48,412 nt of DNA, taken from assembly GCA_903877395.1 (NCBI GenBank), contig CAIRDU010000526.1, positions 1-48,412 on the forward strand, written 5' to 3'. The notes beneath the pieces were generated by a model that did no database searches, was not told the DNA's origin, and worked only from the letters and a program-made list of their open reading frames with translations. Shown one piece after another: positions 16,862 to 26,568 of the stretch. Position 1 is the stretch's first letter. Each line of letters opens with the position of its first letter. This DNA is from an uncultured Planctomycetaceae bacterium (GTDB lineage: Bacteria; Planctomycetota; Planctomycetia; Pirellulales; UBA1268). A program made the translations under genes and the position numbers.

Positions 16862-19417
16862 ATGTTGCACCACAAACCGAATTTCTACCAGCGTTACAGC
16901 GTGGGGATCATGGCGATCCTCGTGTTTCTGCTGCCAATGGTGGTGGTGGGGGCGATCAAGGCCAAGGGCAATAACCGCAATGACGTGAAGGGCTGGCTGC
17001 CCTTGGAATACCCGGAAACAAAGGTCTATCGGTTCTTTCGCCGCAGTTTTCAGGGTGAGGAGTTCGTTCTCATCAGCTGGGAAGGCTGCACGATGAACGA
17101 TCCGCGATTGGAGTTGCTGGCCCGCAAACTCCTGCCGCCTGCCGAGGAAGCCTCCCGGATCGACCGCCCGCTTTACTACAAATCGGCTCAAACAGGCCCT
17201 AGAGCCGTTGAGCGAATGACTTCCGAGCCGCTGAACTTGGATCGCGACGAGGCCATTTCGAGGCTGACAGGGGCCCTCATTGGGCCGCCAGCCCCCGGGG
17301 TAAAAGCTGGATCGCCTGCCGACAATCCGGACACCCGGCAGACGTGTTTGGTGCTCACCTTGGCCGATACCGCTCGGGCCAACCTCCATGCTGCTATCGA
17401 CATCATCAAAAAAGTGGCCACCGATGAGTGCGGGATTCCGGAACCATCCCTGCACATGGGAGGTCCGCCGGTCGACAATGTTTCCATCGATAAGGCTGGG
17501 CAGACGAGCGTTACGATCCTATTTGGTCTGTCGCTGGTGGTTGGATTCTTTGTGAGTTGGTGGAGCCTGAAGAGCAAGCTGCTTGTGGGGTTAGTTCTGG
17601 CCTCGGGTGTCTACAGTATGTTCGCCAGCCTCGCAGTGGTCTGGTACTCGGGGTATCCCGTCGATGCCATTCTGTTGACGATGCCGTCGCTGGTGTATGT
17701 CGCCACAACCAGCGGTGCAATCCATCTGGCCAACTACTACCGAGACCAGATTGCCGAAACGGGCATTGTGGAAGGTGCGGCTGGCCGCTCGGTACACCAC
17801 GCCCTGTTGCCACTATCGCTGGCCACTGGCACCACGGCCATCGGTTTGGCAACGCTGGCGGTGAGCGATTTGGTGCCGATTCGCATGTTTGGAATTTTTT
17901 CTGCCATCGGCGTGATGGTTAGCTTTTTGATTCTTGTTTCCTTCATGCCTGCTGCATTGGAATTATTTCCGCCGAATCTCAAAGTGGGCAAGCGAGCTGA
18001 AGATGAGGAAAATACAGACTGGCAGCCGATGGAATTGAGCCCGTGGTGGCGTTTTGGCCAGTGGGTGACTCGGCACAACGGATTCGTTACAGCCGTCTGC
18101 TTGCTCGTCATGGCATCGGTGGGCTACGGCATGACACGAGTCGAGAGCAGCGTGCAACTGATGCGGCTCTTCGCACCAAAGGCTCGAATTCGCGCCGACT
18201 ACCGCTGGTTGGAATCGCGATTAGGCCCGCTGGTGCCCATGGAGATCCTCGTCCGGATCGATCAGAAAGACTGTTCGCTCAACTTCCTAGAGCGCATGGA
18301 ACTCGTCGGTTCTATCCAAAAAGAGATTGGCACACTCGATGAGGTCGGCAGTTCGCTCTCAACGGTCACGTTTGGCCGCAGCCTAGATTCCGGTTCGGGT
18401 GGAGACGGCGTTGGCGGCGTTGCAGCGAGGGCCTTTGGCTTGGGTGCCCGAACAAAACGGAGCGTGCTCAACCGCCGCTTAGTCGCACACCGCGAAGATT
18501 TTCTAGGCGGCGACTACCTGCGAGAAGTGACCCTCGATGGCGGCCTCGCTGCCGACGGCAGCACGCTACCGGGCCACACCGAGGAACTGTGGAGAATCAG
18601 CGCGCGAGTGAGCGCCACAAAAGAGGTCGATTATGCGCTCTTTCAAAAAGATCTCAGCACGAAGATCCACCCGATCATCGCCCAACTCAGCAAGGATGGT
18701 GTGGACGGCGTGAAAGTCGAATACACGGGACTTGTGCCGCTGGTCTACAAGGCTCAGCACTCCCTGCTCGACGGACTTCTTTTTGGATTTGTGGTTGACT
18801 TTGCAATCATTGTGGCCGTGATGGTGTTGCTCTGCCGTGCCACCTCCGCCGGGTTGGTGCTCCTGCTGCCCGCTGCATTCCCCGCCGTGATGGTGTTTGG
18901 GGGTATGGGCTGGGGCAACTCGCTGCTCAAGTCGCTTGATGCTGGCACGCTCTTGATCGACATCGGCACGGTGATGGCGCCCAGCGTGGCATTGGGCGTG
19001 ACGGTTGACGACGTTGTGCACTTCATGCTCTGGTTCCGACGTGGCATTGCCGACGGACTGGATCGCAAGCAGGCTGTGATGCTTGCCTACAAGGGCTGCG
19101 CGCGGGCGATGTATCAGAGTTGGGGAGTCATCGGCATCGGCCTGTCGGTCTTTTCTCTCTCACCGTTTGGACCGACGCAGCGATTTGGTTACATGATGCT
19201 CTCGATGCTCACGATTGCATTGGTTGGAAATCTCGTGCTGCTGCCGGCCCTGCTAGCCGGACCGCTTGGAGCTGTTTTTAGCTGGAGCGTGCTGCGGATA
19301 GAGCGAAAGAAAGCTCTCCGCACAGGCCGACGCAAGGTGAAGGCCGACCCTGGCAGCGATGCCCTGCCATCGCCCCACATCCTCCAAGGAACGGCGAAGC
19401 AGGCTGTACACGCGTAA
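16862..19417 (+). CDS. MMPL/RND-superfamily transporter
   Basis: 851 aa with two blocks of about 5-6 TM helices (~aa 210-370 and ~aa 640-810), each preceded by a large soluble domain. The N-terminus (single TM, then WLPLEYPETKVYRFF) and GGPPVDNVSIDKAG resemble MMPL-type exporters. Confidence 0.75.
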   Translation: MLHHKPNFYQRYSVGIMAILVFLLPMVVVGAIKAKGNNRNDVKGWLPLEYPETKVYRFFRRSFQGEEFVLISWEGCTMNDPRLELLARKLLPPAEEASRIDRPLYYKSAQTGPRAVERMTSEPLNLDRDEAISRLTGALIGPPAPGVKAGSPADNPDTRQTCLVLTLADTARANLHAAIDIIKKVATDECGIPEPSLHMGGPPVDNVSIDKAGQTSVTILFGLSLVVGFFVSWWSLKSKLLVGLVLASGVYSMFASLAVVWYSGYPVDAILLTMPSLVYVATTSGAIHLANYYRDQIAETGIVEGAAGRSVHHALLPLSLATGTTAIGLATLAVSDLVPIRMFGIFSAIGVMVSFLILVSFMPAALELFPPNLKVGKRAEDEENTDWQPMELSPWWRFGQWVTRHNGFVTAVCLLVMASVGYGMTRVESSVQLMRLFAPKARIRADYRWLESRLGPLVPMEILVRIDQKDCSLNFLERMELVGSIQKEIGTLDEVGSSLSTVTFGRSLDSGSGGDGVGGVAARAFGLGARTKRSVLNRRLVAHREDFLGGDYLREVTLDGGLAADGSTLPGHTEELWRISARVSATKEVDYALFQKDLSTKIHPIIAQLSKDGVDGVKVEYTGLVPLVYKAQHSLLDGLLFGFVVDFAIIVAVMVLLCRATSAGLVLLLPAAFPAVMVFGGMGWGNSLLKSLDAGTLLIDIGTVMAPSVALGVTVDDVVHFMLWFRRGIADGLDRKQAVMLAYKGCARAMYQSWGVIGIGLSVFSLSPFGPTQRFGYMMLSMLTIALVGNLVLLPALLAGPLGAVFSWSVLRIERKKALRTGRRKVKADPGSDALPSPHILQGTAKQAVHA

Positions 19418-19468
19418 CAGGCCTTGCACGGCAAGCAGGCTGTGCGCCCGAAGCAGGCCGTGTACGCT
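19397..19468 (+). repeat. Four tandem imperfect 18-bp repeats spanning the MMPL stop codon
   Basis: The units are AAGCAGGCTGTACACGCG / TAACAGGCCTTGCACGGC / AAGCAGGCTGTGCGCCCG / AAGCAGGCCGTGTACGCT. Read in frame they give KQAVHA / *QALHG / KQAVRP / KQAVYA. Confidence 0.85.
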
Positions 19469-19540
19469 GGAGGCAGAGAAAAGTTGTTCACTTTTTTTTC
19501 CTCATCCTCCATCCTCTCCATTGACAGAAAATCAGACGCA

Positions 19541-20785
19541 ATGCCCGACGATTCGGCTCCTGTACTCACGCCACCTTCCAACCAGCAGGGCCTGCCGACT
19601 GCGACCGTGTTTCTCAAACCCAAGCGGGCTAGGCCGTTCTTCGGCCGCCATCCCTGGGTGCTCGACGCCGCTGTGCTGCGAGTTGAGGGTCAACCTGCCG
19701 ACGGAGATGTGGTGGATCTGGCCACGCACGACGGCACGTTTGTAGCGCGTGGCCTCTGGAACGCTGCCAGTCGACTGCGAGTGCGGCTGTTTACTTTTGA
19801 TTCTGGCATCCACCTCAACGCTGCTTTGTGGCACGAGCGGCTCGCATCGGCCGTGGTGCTGCGACGATCGCTTGGCCTCGACGGCCGCAACGGGGCGGCC
19901 AGAATCGTCAACAGCGAAGGAGACGGCCTCTCGGGCCTCACTGTAGATCGCTACGCTGATTTTTTGTCTGTGCAGGTGACGTCGCTCGCGATGGCCAACA
20001 GGCTGGATATTTTCTGCGATTCGTTGCAGTCGCTCCTGGAGCCGAAAGGGATTCTGTTAAGGGGTGCCGAACGCGGGCTTGCAAAACTCGAGGGTTTGCA
20101 TCTGATCGACCGGCTTCTGCGAGGCACGGCACCCTCTGGTCCAATCTTTATAGAAGAAAATGGCCTGCGATTTGGCGTCGATCTGGAGGAGGGACAAAAA
20201 ACGGGCTTCTATCTGGATCAACGCGAGAATCACCAGGCAGCAGCAGGATTGGCCAGGGGCCGACGGGTGCTCGACATGTTTTGCTATTCCGGTGGGTTTG
20301 GTGTGCACTGCGCCGTGCAGGGGAAGGCCAGCAGTGTGCTGGCAGTCGATTCCAGTTCGAAGGCTACGGCGTTGGCGAGGGCCAACGCTGATTTGAATGG
20401 CGCCACCAGCATGACAGTTGAGACGGCCGACGCATTTGAGAAACTGGACAGCCTGCGGGCGGCCGGCGAACGATTTGGAATGGTGATCCTCGACCCGCCC
20501 AAATTCGCCCGCAACCGAGCTGCCCTCGACGATGCTCTCCGTGCGTACCACCGGATCAACCGTCTCGCGGTCGATCTCCTTGAGCCAGGCGGCATGCTTG
20601 TCACGTGCTCCTGCTCTGGTGCCGTTTTGCGGGATGATTTTTTGATGATGCTGTCCGGCGTGGCCCAGCGGAGCACTCGTACGATTCAGATTCTCGAGTG
20701 CAAGGGTGCTGCTGCCGATCATCCAATCAGCGCGAGCTGCTTGGAGGGCGAGTACCTCAAGTGCATCATCGCCCACGTTCCTTAA
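19541..20785 (+). CDS. rlmI: 23S rRNA (cytosine-C5)-methyltransferase RlmI-like, class I SAM-dependent with N-terminal PUA-like domain
   Basis: Motifs LKPKRARPFFGRHPWV, GQKTGFYLDQRENH, VLDMFCYSGGFGV and VILDPPKFA are present. ATG at 19541 is preferred over the upstream alternative start at 19424. Confidence 0.8.
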   Translation: MPDDSAPVLTPPSNQQGLPTATVFLKPKRARPFFGRHPWVLDAAVLRVEGQPADGDVVDLATHDGTFVARGLWNAASRLRVRLFTFDSGIHLNAALWHERLASAVVLRRSLGLDGRNGAARIVNSEGDGLSGLTVDRYADFLSVQVTSLAMANRLDIFCDSLQSLLEPKGILLRGAERGLAKLEGLHLIDRLLRGTAPSGPIFIEENGLRFGVDLEEGQKTGFYLDQRENHQAAAGLARGRRVLDMFCYSGGFGVHCAVQGKASSVLAVDSSSKATALARANADLNGATSMTVETADAFEKLDSLRAAGERFGMVILDPPKFARNRAALDDALRAYHRINRLAVDLLEPGGMLVTCSCSGAVLRDDFLMMLSGVAQRSTRTIQILECKGAAADHPISASCLEGEYLKCIIAHVP

Positions 20786-20862
20786 GCGGCATCATCACAC
20801 GCAACGCCACCAGGATTTGATTTTGGCTGCGTCTTGGCTTTGAGGACGGGTAGCTCCAACGG

Positions 20863-21138
20863 CTACAACTTGCGGAGGCGGGTATATTCGTCCATCGTAA
20901 CGGTGGTGAGTTCGCCATCGTCACGAGCCAGAATCAGCACGTCGCTGTAGACCTTGTCGTCGGGGTTCCTGCGGAAGTGGAGGCCGTGCCTGCGGCGCTC
21001 GCGGCAGAGCACCTTGCCGATAGTCGTTGTGCTCCACTTCGCACTCGAACCGACCGTCACGCCGTGCACTACCTCCACCCGGTCGCCGGGCTGAAGTTGG
21101 TCGTAGAGAGTGCGCGATAGAAGTTCTTCGGGCGTCAT
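20863..21138 (-). CDS. Small conserved hypothetical protein translationally coupled to ilvC
   Basis: 91 aa from ATG 21138-21136, which shares one nucleotide with the ilvC TGA (TGATG). Composition is plausible ([27 protein letters not shown]..). No motif recognised. Confidence 0.6.
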   Translation of the reverse strand: MTPEELLSRTLYDQLQPGDRVEVVHGVTVGSSAKWSTTTIGKVLCRERRRHGLHFRRNPDDKVYSDVLILARDDGELTTVTMDEYTRLRKL

Positions 21139-22142
21139 CAGACTTCCTTCGACTCGATCCACTTCATCATCTTGCGGAGGCCGCGACCCGTTTCGGTGAG
21201 CTTGTGCTCACGCTCACGGCGGCGAGTGGCCTTAAACATAGCCGCACCGCCACGGTTTTCCAGAATCCAGTCGCGAGCAAACTGCCCGGAGCGGATTTCC
21301 TCCAGGATCTTTTTCATTTCCTTGCGAGTCTCGTCGGTGATGATCCGCTTGCCGCGAGTGTAGTCGCCGTACTCAGCCGTGTTCGACACGCTGTATCGCA
21401 TGTATTCCAGGCCGCCCTGATAGAAGAGGTCCACGATTAGTTTCATCTCGTGCAGGCACTCGAAATAGGCCATTTCTGGCTGATAGCCTGCCTCGACAAG
21501 CGTATCAAAACCAGCCTTGATCAGTTCCGAGACGCCGCCGCAAAGCACGGCCTGCTCGCCAAAGAGATCGGTTTCCGTTTCCTCAGCAATCGTTGTTTCA
21601 ATCACGCCGCCCCGCGTGCCGCCAATCCCCTTGGCATAGGCCAGACCAATCTTCTTGGTTTCGGCACTGGCACCGGCGCCTAAGGCAATCAGACAGGGCA
21701 CGCCTCCACCCTTCACAAACTCGCTGCGCACAAGATGGCCAGGGCCCTTCGGTGCTACGAGCAGAATATCGTGGCCGGGCGGCGCCTCGACTTGATTGAA
21801 GTGAAAGTTAAATCCGTGGCTGGCCATCAACACGGCGCCAGGCTTGAGGTTGGGTTTGATCGAGTCTCGGTAGACATCGGCCTGCAACTCATCAGGCAGG
21901 AGGATGTTGATGACATCGGCCTGCTTGACTGCATCGGCAACCGACAGTGGCTCAAAGCCATGGCTCTTGGCGAGAGCGTAATTCGGCCCGCCTGGACGCT
22001 GACCGACCACAACCTTGAGCCCGCTGTCGCGGAGGTTCTGCGCCTGGGCATGCCCCTGGCTGCCGTAGCCCAGAATAGCAATCGTCTTGCCCGCAAGGGC
22101 TTTTATGTCGGCATCAGCGTCGTAGTAAATCGTAGCGGGCAC
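21138..22142 (-). CDS. ilvC: Ketol-acid reductoisomerase
   Basis: Motifs [26 protein letters not shown] and [10 protein letters not shown] are present. The length of 334 aa fits class I KARI. Confidence 0.97.
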   Translation of the reverse strand: MPATIYYDADADIKALAGKTIAILGYGSQGHAQAQNLRDSGLKVVVGQRPGGPNYALAKSHGFEPLSVADAVKQADVINILLPDELQADVYRDSIKPNLKPGAVLMASHGFNFHFNQVEAPPGHDILLVAPKGPGHLVRSEFVKGGGVPCLIALGAGASAETKKIGLAYAKGIGGTRGGVIETTIAEETETDLFGEQAVLCGGVSELIKAGFDTLVEAGYQPEMAYFECLHEMKLIVDLFYQGGLEYMRYSVSNTAEYGDYTRGKRIITDETRKEMKKILEEIRSGQFARDWILENRGGAAMFKATRRREREHKLTETGRGLRKMMKWIESKEV

Positions 22143-22251
22143 AGGAGACTCCTCAAGGAAAGCGGCTGAGTGAAATCGTGAAACAAACTCGGGAATGGAC
22201 TAGGTAAAAGAGATGGAGAGCGAGCCAATACAAACGTAATCTATTTTTAAT

Positions 22252-22809
22252 TTAAGCAAATGAATCGCGAGAAGAAGCTGAATCGGCAGGGCGGGCGCCG
22301 TCGGCAGATTCCGTCAACTCTCGCGTGGGCGGACTGCCTCGCACCATCGCAATCCGTCCGGTGCGCACAAGTTCGACGATGCCCAGCGGCCGCATCAACT
22401 CGATAAAGCCCTCGAGTTTCTTTTCTGTACCAGCGATCTCAACAATCACAGTGTCGGCAGCCACATCAACAATCCGGCCCCGGAATGTTTCGGCAAGCGA
22501 TTGCACTTCCGTGCGGGCGCTGCCGGCGGCGGCGGCAACCTTGATGAGCATCAAATCGCGCTCGACATAGTTGCGAGAACTGATGTCTTCCACGCGAACG
22601 ACCGTGACGATCTTTTCTAACTGGCGTCGAACTTGGTCGAGCACTCGGTCATCGCCTCGCAAGACAAATGTCATTCTTGAAAAGCGAGGGTCTTCTGTTT
22701 CGCCAACGGCGAGGCTGTCGATATTGTAGCCCCGGGAGGCCAGCATGCCCGAGACATGCGCCAGCACGCCCGGGACGTTTTGAACGGTGGCTGAAAGAAC
22801 GTGTCGCAT
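22252..22809 (-). CDS. ilvN: Acetolactate synthase small (regulatory) subunit
   Basis: The ACT domain is MRHVLSATVQNVPGVLAHVSGMLASRGYNIDSLAVGETED. ATG at 22809 is preferred over the upstream 34-aa extension in the track. No large-subunit gene is adjacent. Confidence 0.9.
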   Translation of the reverse strand: MRHVLSATVQNVPGVLAHVSGMLASRGYNIDSLAVGETEDPRFSRMTFVLRGDDRVLDQVRRQLEKIVTVVRVEDISSRNYVERDLMLIKVAAAAGSARTEVQSLAETFRGRIVDVAADTVIVEIAGTEKKLEGFIELMRPLGIVELVRTGRIAMVRGSPPTRELTESADGARPADSASSRDSFA

Positions 22810-23005
22810 GGGTGCCGTTCGGGGGTTCAGGAATGGAAAGACTCTGCCGCAGGAGCGGCGGGAACTCTTGCACCGCGTGCAAAAGCAAAACCGGAGTCTA
22901 GTTTGGGCCAACCGAACGATTCAAGCCTCTGCCGAGCTTTTAGGGGCTGGTTTGGGGCAGTTTGGTGGCGGGTTTGCCGCTTGAAGCGGAGATACCGGGC
23001 GTGCG

Positions 23006-23035
23006 TTGACACGGCGCGGCAAAACCCGATAGTTT
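23006..23035 (+). promoter_or_regulatory. Candidate sigma-70-type promoter for rpsB
   Basis: TTGACA (23006-23011), 18-nt spacer, TAGTTT (23030-23035), about 145 nt upstream of the rpsB GTG. Sequence match only. Confidence 0.3.
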
Positions 23036-23180
23036 GAAACCCAATCGTGTGCGGTGTTCTGCGGGCAAAGCCACACCGTAGCCCAAACTGCCCACGAGCC
23101 ACTCCCGAACCAATTGGATCACTCACACATCCCTGAAGCCCCCAGTTTTTAACTCCCTTTCAACCCCTGCGAGTGTCAGC

Positions 23181-24038
23181 GTGTCGAATGTCTTGGCTCA
23201 AGAATTGATCGAAGCCGGTGTCCATTTTGGCCACCGCGCCAGTCGCTGGAATCCAAAGATGCGGCCGTATATTCACGGACGCCGCAATCTCATTCATATT
23301 ATCGATGTCCGCGAGACGATTCGTGGTCTTCTGCGGGCCCGCAAATATCTGAAGCAGGTGGCCGCAACCGGCAGCCTCGTGCTCTTTGTAGGCACGAAGC
23401 GTCAGGGTTCTGAAGCAGTAGCCCGCGAGGCGGCCCGCTGCGGCATGCCTTATGTAAGCGACCGCTGGCTAGGCGGCACGCTCACAAATTTCCGCACAAT
23501 CCGCAACCGGCTTGCCCGACTCGAACACCTTGAGAAGTTGATGCCGTCGGATGAATTCGGCGCGTACTCCAAGAAAATGCAGTCGTCCCTTCGCCGTGAA
23601 TTTCGGAAGATGGAGCGGAATCTTGGCGGTATTCGCACGCTCTCCCGCCTCCCGGAGTGCTTGGTGGTGTTCGATCCGAAAAAGGAAAAGAATGCCATCA
23701 ACGAGGCCCGCAAGATGGGCATTACAACCGTCGCTCTGATCGACACAGACTGTGATCCAGACATGGTCGACCTGCCCATTCCTGGCAATGACGACTCCAT
23801 TCGCTCGATTGAGTTGGTCTCCGCTCGTTTGGCCGATGCAGTGCTCGAAGGTAAGGCGCAGACCGCCGCTGAATCGCAAGTATCGGCCGAGGGTGCGGAT
23901 GTGGGTGTTGGCGATGCGAGCGATTCCGATGGGGATGCCGCTGGTCATTCAGGCGAGGGTGGAAAAGCTGTCAAGCTCGCACCGAAGCCTCGGGCCGTTG
24001 CAAAACGCGCTGTTCCAAAGCCCCCGAAGATGTCATGA
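23181..24038 (+). CDS. rpsB: 30S ribosomal protein S2
   Basis: Motifs [19 protein letters not shown] and VLFVGTKRQ are present. GTG start. There is a ~50-aa acidic/Ala-rich C-terminal extension. Confidence 0.95.
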   Translation: MSNVLAQELIEAGVHFGHRASRWNPKMRPYIHGRRNLIHIIDVRETIRGLLRARKYLKQVAATGSLVLFVGTKRQGSEAVAREAARCGMPYVSDRWLGGTLTNFRTIRNRLARLEHLEKLMPSDEFGAYSKKMQSSLRREFRKMERNLGGIRTLSRLPECLVVFDPKKEKNAINEARKMGITTVALIDTDCDPDMVDLPIPGNDDSIRSIELVSARLADAVLEGKAQTAAESQVSAEGADVGVGDASDSDGDAAGHSGEGGKAVKLAPKPRAVAKRAVPKPPKMS

Positions 24039-24195
24039 CTCGCGATCGCTTTGCTCGTGTGAAAGCGAGTGAGTTGGCCGCTGGGAACACGCAAGATTTT
24101 TTGTGCGTGCATCTGCACTCTATCGCAAGCATGCGTTTAAGAAGGAATGTTGTCAGTCAGAAAAGTGCCTCAAGCGTGTGAAGGAGAGAAGAATC

Positions 24196-25038
24196 ATGGC
24201 TGATATCAGTGCGGCTGCGGTGATGAGCCTGCGTGAAAAAACGGGCCTTCCGATGATGGAGTGCAAGAAAGCGCTCGCGGAATGTGGCGGGAATACCGAA
24301 CAGGCCGTGGAGTGGCTCCGCAAACAGGGCATCAAAACACAGGCCATGCGAGCTGACCGCGAAACGAGCACGGGCCGCTTGGCTGTTTCCGTTGATCCGG
24401 CTCACAAGGTCGGCACGATGATCGAACTCAAGTGCGAAAGTGCCCCGGTGGCTAGTAGTCCAGACTTTAAGCAACTTGCCGAGGACATCGCCAAGACACT
24501 GGCATTTGGCCCAGGCGCAAAAACGCCCGCAGAATTGTTGGCTCAGAAAAGCCTCTCCACTCCCGGCCGCACGCTCGGCGAGCTGAAGGATGATCTCTTC
24601 AATCGCATGCGAGAGGTCGTTGAGCTGTCCCGCATCTGTCGGATTGACGCCCCTTGCGGCGGCTATGCGCACCACGACGGATCGAAGGCATCGTTGGTTG
24701 AGATTGCAGGCAAAACAGATGGCCCCGACGCAGCCGTCGTGGCCAAAGACATCGCCATGCACGTTGTGGCCAGTGCCCCTCAGGCGCTTTCAAAGGAAAA
24801 CCTCGACCCGCAAGTTGTCGAGAAAGAGCGGGAGATTCTCACCGCAGCAGCCCGGAGCGAAGGCAAGCCAGAAAACATTATCGCCAAGATGATCGAAGGA
24901 CGGCTGCGGAATTTCTTTAGCCAGTGCGTTCTGCTGGAGCAGCCATTCGTAAAGGACGACAAGCAAACAGTCGGGCAGTTAGCCAAGTCCGCTGGCATTG
25001 AGGTCAAGCGGATGGAGAACTGGAAGCTTGGCGGTTAG
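24196..25038 (+). CDS. tsf: Translation elongation factor Ts
   Basis: MADISAAAVMSLREKTGLPMMECKKALAECGGN matches the UBA-like N-domain. AAGGAGAG sits about 8 nt upstream of ATG 24196. The 31-aa upstream extension in the track is rejected. Confidence 0.95.
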   Translation: MADISAAAVMSLREKTGLPMMECKKALAECGGNTEQAVEWLRKQGIKTQAMRADRETSTGRLAVSVDPAHKVGTMIELKCESAPVASSPDFKQLAEDIAKTLAFGPGAKTPAELLAQKSLSTPGRTLGELKDDLFNRMREVVELSRICRIDAPCGGYAHHDGSKASLVEIAGKTDGPDAAVVAKDIAMHVVASAPQALSKENLDPQVVEKEREILTAAARSEGKPENIIAKMIEGRLRNFFSQCVLLEQPFVKDDKQTVGQLAKSAGIEVKRMENWKLGG

Positions 25039-25056
25039 AGAACTGGAAGCTTGGCG
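25015..25056 (+). repeat. Direct duplication of the last 19 nt of tsf (period 23)
   Basis: GAGAACTGGAAGCTTGGCG occurs at 25015-25033 and again at 25038-25056. The tsf stop TAG (25036-25038) lies between the copies. Confidence 0.9.
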
Positions 25057-25114
25057 TGGCGGCTAAGGGTGATCCCCTTCCACGAACCCGCTGGGAGAAG
25101 GGAACGTCACGTTC

Positions 25115-25852
25115 ATGAATCCAGGACCTTTTCGTCGCGTGTTGCTCAAGCTCTCCGGGGATAGCTTTGCGCGATTAGGCGAGCGCGGGATATCGATGGA
25201 CGAAGTCGTCCACATTGCCCGCCAGACGGTGCAAGCGGCTTCTCGCGGCGTGCAGGTGGCCGTCGTTATTGGTGGCGGCAACATTCTGCGTGGAGCATCG
25301 TTTACGGCCGGCAACACAGGCGTGCAGGAGGCCACGGCCCATTCGATGGGAATGCTTGCCACTGTGATCAATGGGCTGGCGTTACAGGATGCATTGGAAA
25401 GCGTGGGCGCGCAAACGAGACTCATGACGGCAATTCGCATGGAGGGAGTTGCCGAGCCGTACATTCGCCGGCGCGCCAAGCGTCACCTCGAGAAGGGAAG
25501 GATTGTAATCCTCGCGGCTGGCACGGGGAGCCCGTTTGTAACTACCGACACCGCTGCTGCCCAGCGATCGCTCGAACTCGAGGCCGACATCCTCATGAAG
25601 GCCACTCGCGTAGATGGTGTCTACTCCGACGACCCCGAAAAAAATCCGCATGCTGTTCTCTACCGGGAGCTCACTTACCAGCAGGTCCGCGAGCAGAACC
25701 TGCGAGTGATGGATGCAACGGCCATCTCGCAGTGCATGGAGCATGCCATGCCAATTCTTGTGTTTAATTACCGTAAGGAAGGCAATATCGAGCGGGCCGT
25801 GGCCGGTGAAAAAATTGGCACGATCATTCACTCAATCGTGAATCGCTCATAA
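25115..25852 (+). CDS. pyrH: UMP kinase
   Basis: Motifs [35 protein letters not shown] and VDGVYSDDP are present. Confidence 0.95.
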   Translation: MNPGPFRRVLLKLSGDSFARLGERGISMDEVVHIARQTVQAASRGVQVAVVIGGGNILRGASFTAGNTGVQEATAHSMGMLATVINGLALQDALESVGAQTRLMTAIRMEGVAEPYIRRRAKRHLEKGRIVILAAGTGSPFVTTDTAAAQRSLELEADILMKATRVDGVYSDDPEKNPHAVLYRELTYQQVREQNLRVMDATAISQCMEHAMPILVFNYRKEGNIERAVAGEKIGTIIHSIVNRS

Positions 25853-26006
25853 CTTGCCCCCTTAGAAGCCCGGCATTGGGGCCGGATCGCCGCACGCAGC
25901 ACCCACCCGCGTTGCAGCGGAGTTGCCTCTGTTGCACGGTTCAGGTCAGAATCAGGGCGAGTCGGCAAGCATGCCGGCCCCCACGCCTCATACCCGGGAG
26001 TTTCTC

Positions 26007-26567
26007 ATGCCGGCCGACGATATTTTGCTGGATGCCGAAGAACGAATGGAGAAGGCGGTCGGTGTGTTTCGCCACGCCCTCACAGGCATCCGCACCGGTC
26101 GCGCAAATCCTGGCCTCGTCGATTCCTTGCGAGTCGACGTGTACGGCTCCCCTACGCCGATCAAGGCCTTGGCCAGTGTCGGTGCTCCCGAACCTAACCA
26201 AATCGTTGTGCGTCCATTCGACCCAGGAACGATCAAGGACATTGAAAAAGCTTTACACGCTAGCGGCCTAGGTCTCAATCCGCAGAGCGATGGCCGCGTC
26301 ATCCGAATTATCATTCCGGCACTTTCTACTGATGTGCGTCGCACCATGACATCGCGCATTAAGGAACTGGCGGAGGAGTCTCGCGTGGCTATTCGCAGCG
26401 TGCGTCGCGACGGCAACAAGGCAGCCGACACCGAGAAAACAGACGGTACCATCACAGAGGACGACTGCGAGAGCACCAAGGAAGAGGTGCAAGAACTGAC
26501 GAAGAAATACGAAGCAAAAGTCGGCGAATTGGCCAGGGCAAAGGAAGTTGAAGTGATGGAGGACTAG
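26007..26567 (+). CDS. frr: Ribosome recycling factor
   Basis: Motifs MPADDILLDAEERMEKAV, LTGIRTGRANPGLVDSLRVDVYG and IRSVRRD are present. ATG at 26007 is preferred over the track start 25923. Confidence 0.9.
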   Translation: MPADDILLDAEERMEKAVGVFRHALTGIRTGRANPGLVDSLRVDVYGSPTPIKALASVGAPEPNQIVVRPFDPGTIKDIEKALHASGLGLNPQSDGRVIRIIIPALSTDVRRTMTSRIKELAEESRVAIRSVRRDGNKAADTEKTDGTITEDDCESTKEEVQELTKKYEAKVGELARAKEVEVMED

Positions 26568-26568
26568 C

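Noticed and set aside
16496-17455. 319-aa minus-strand ORF
   Set aside because: It overlaps the first ~600 nt of the well-supported MMPL transporter gene on the opposite strand. It has no motifs and an Arg/Gly/Pro-rich composition.
25853-25885. CTTGCCCCCTTAGAAGCC just after the pyrH stop, resembling the IS terminal repeat core CTGCCCCCTTCAACG
   Set aside because: Only about 9-10 contiguous nt match and the rest diverges. That is too short to call a third repeat copy.
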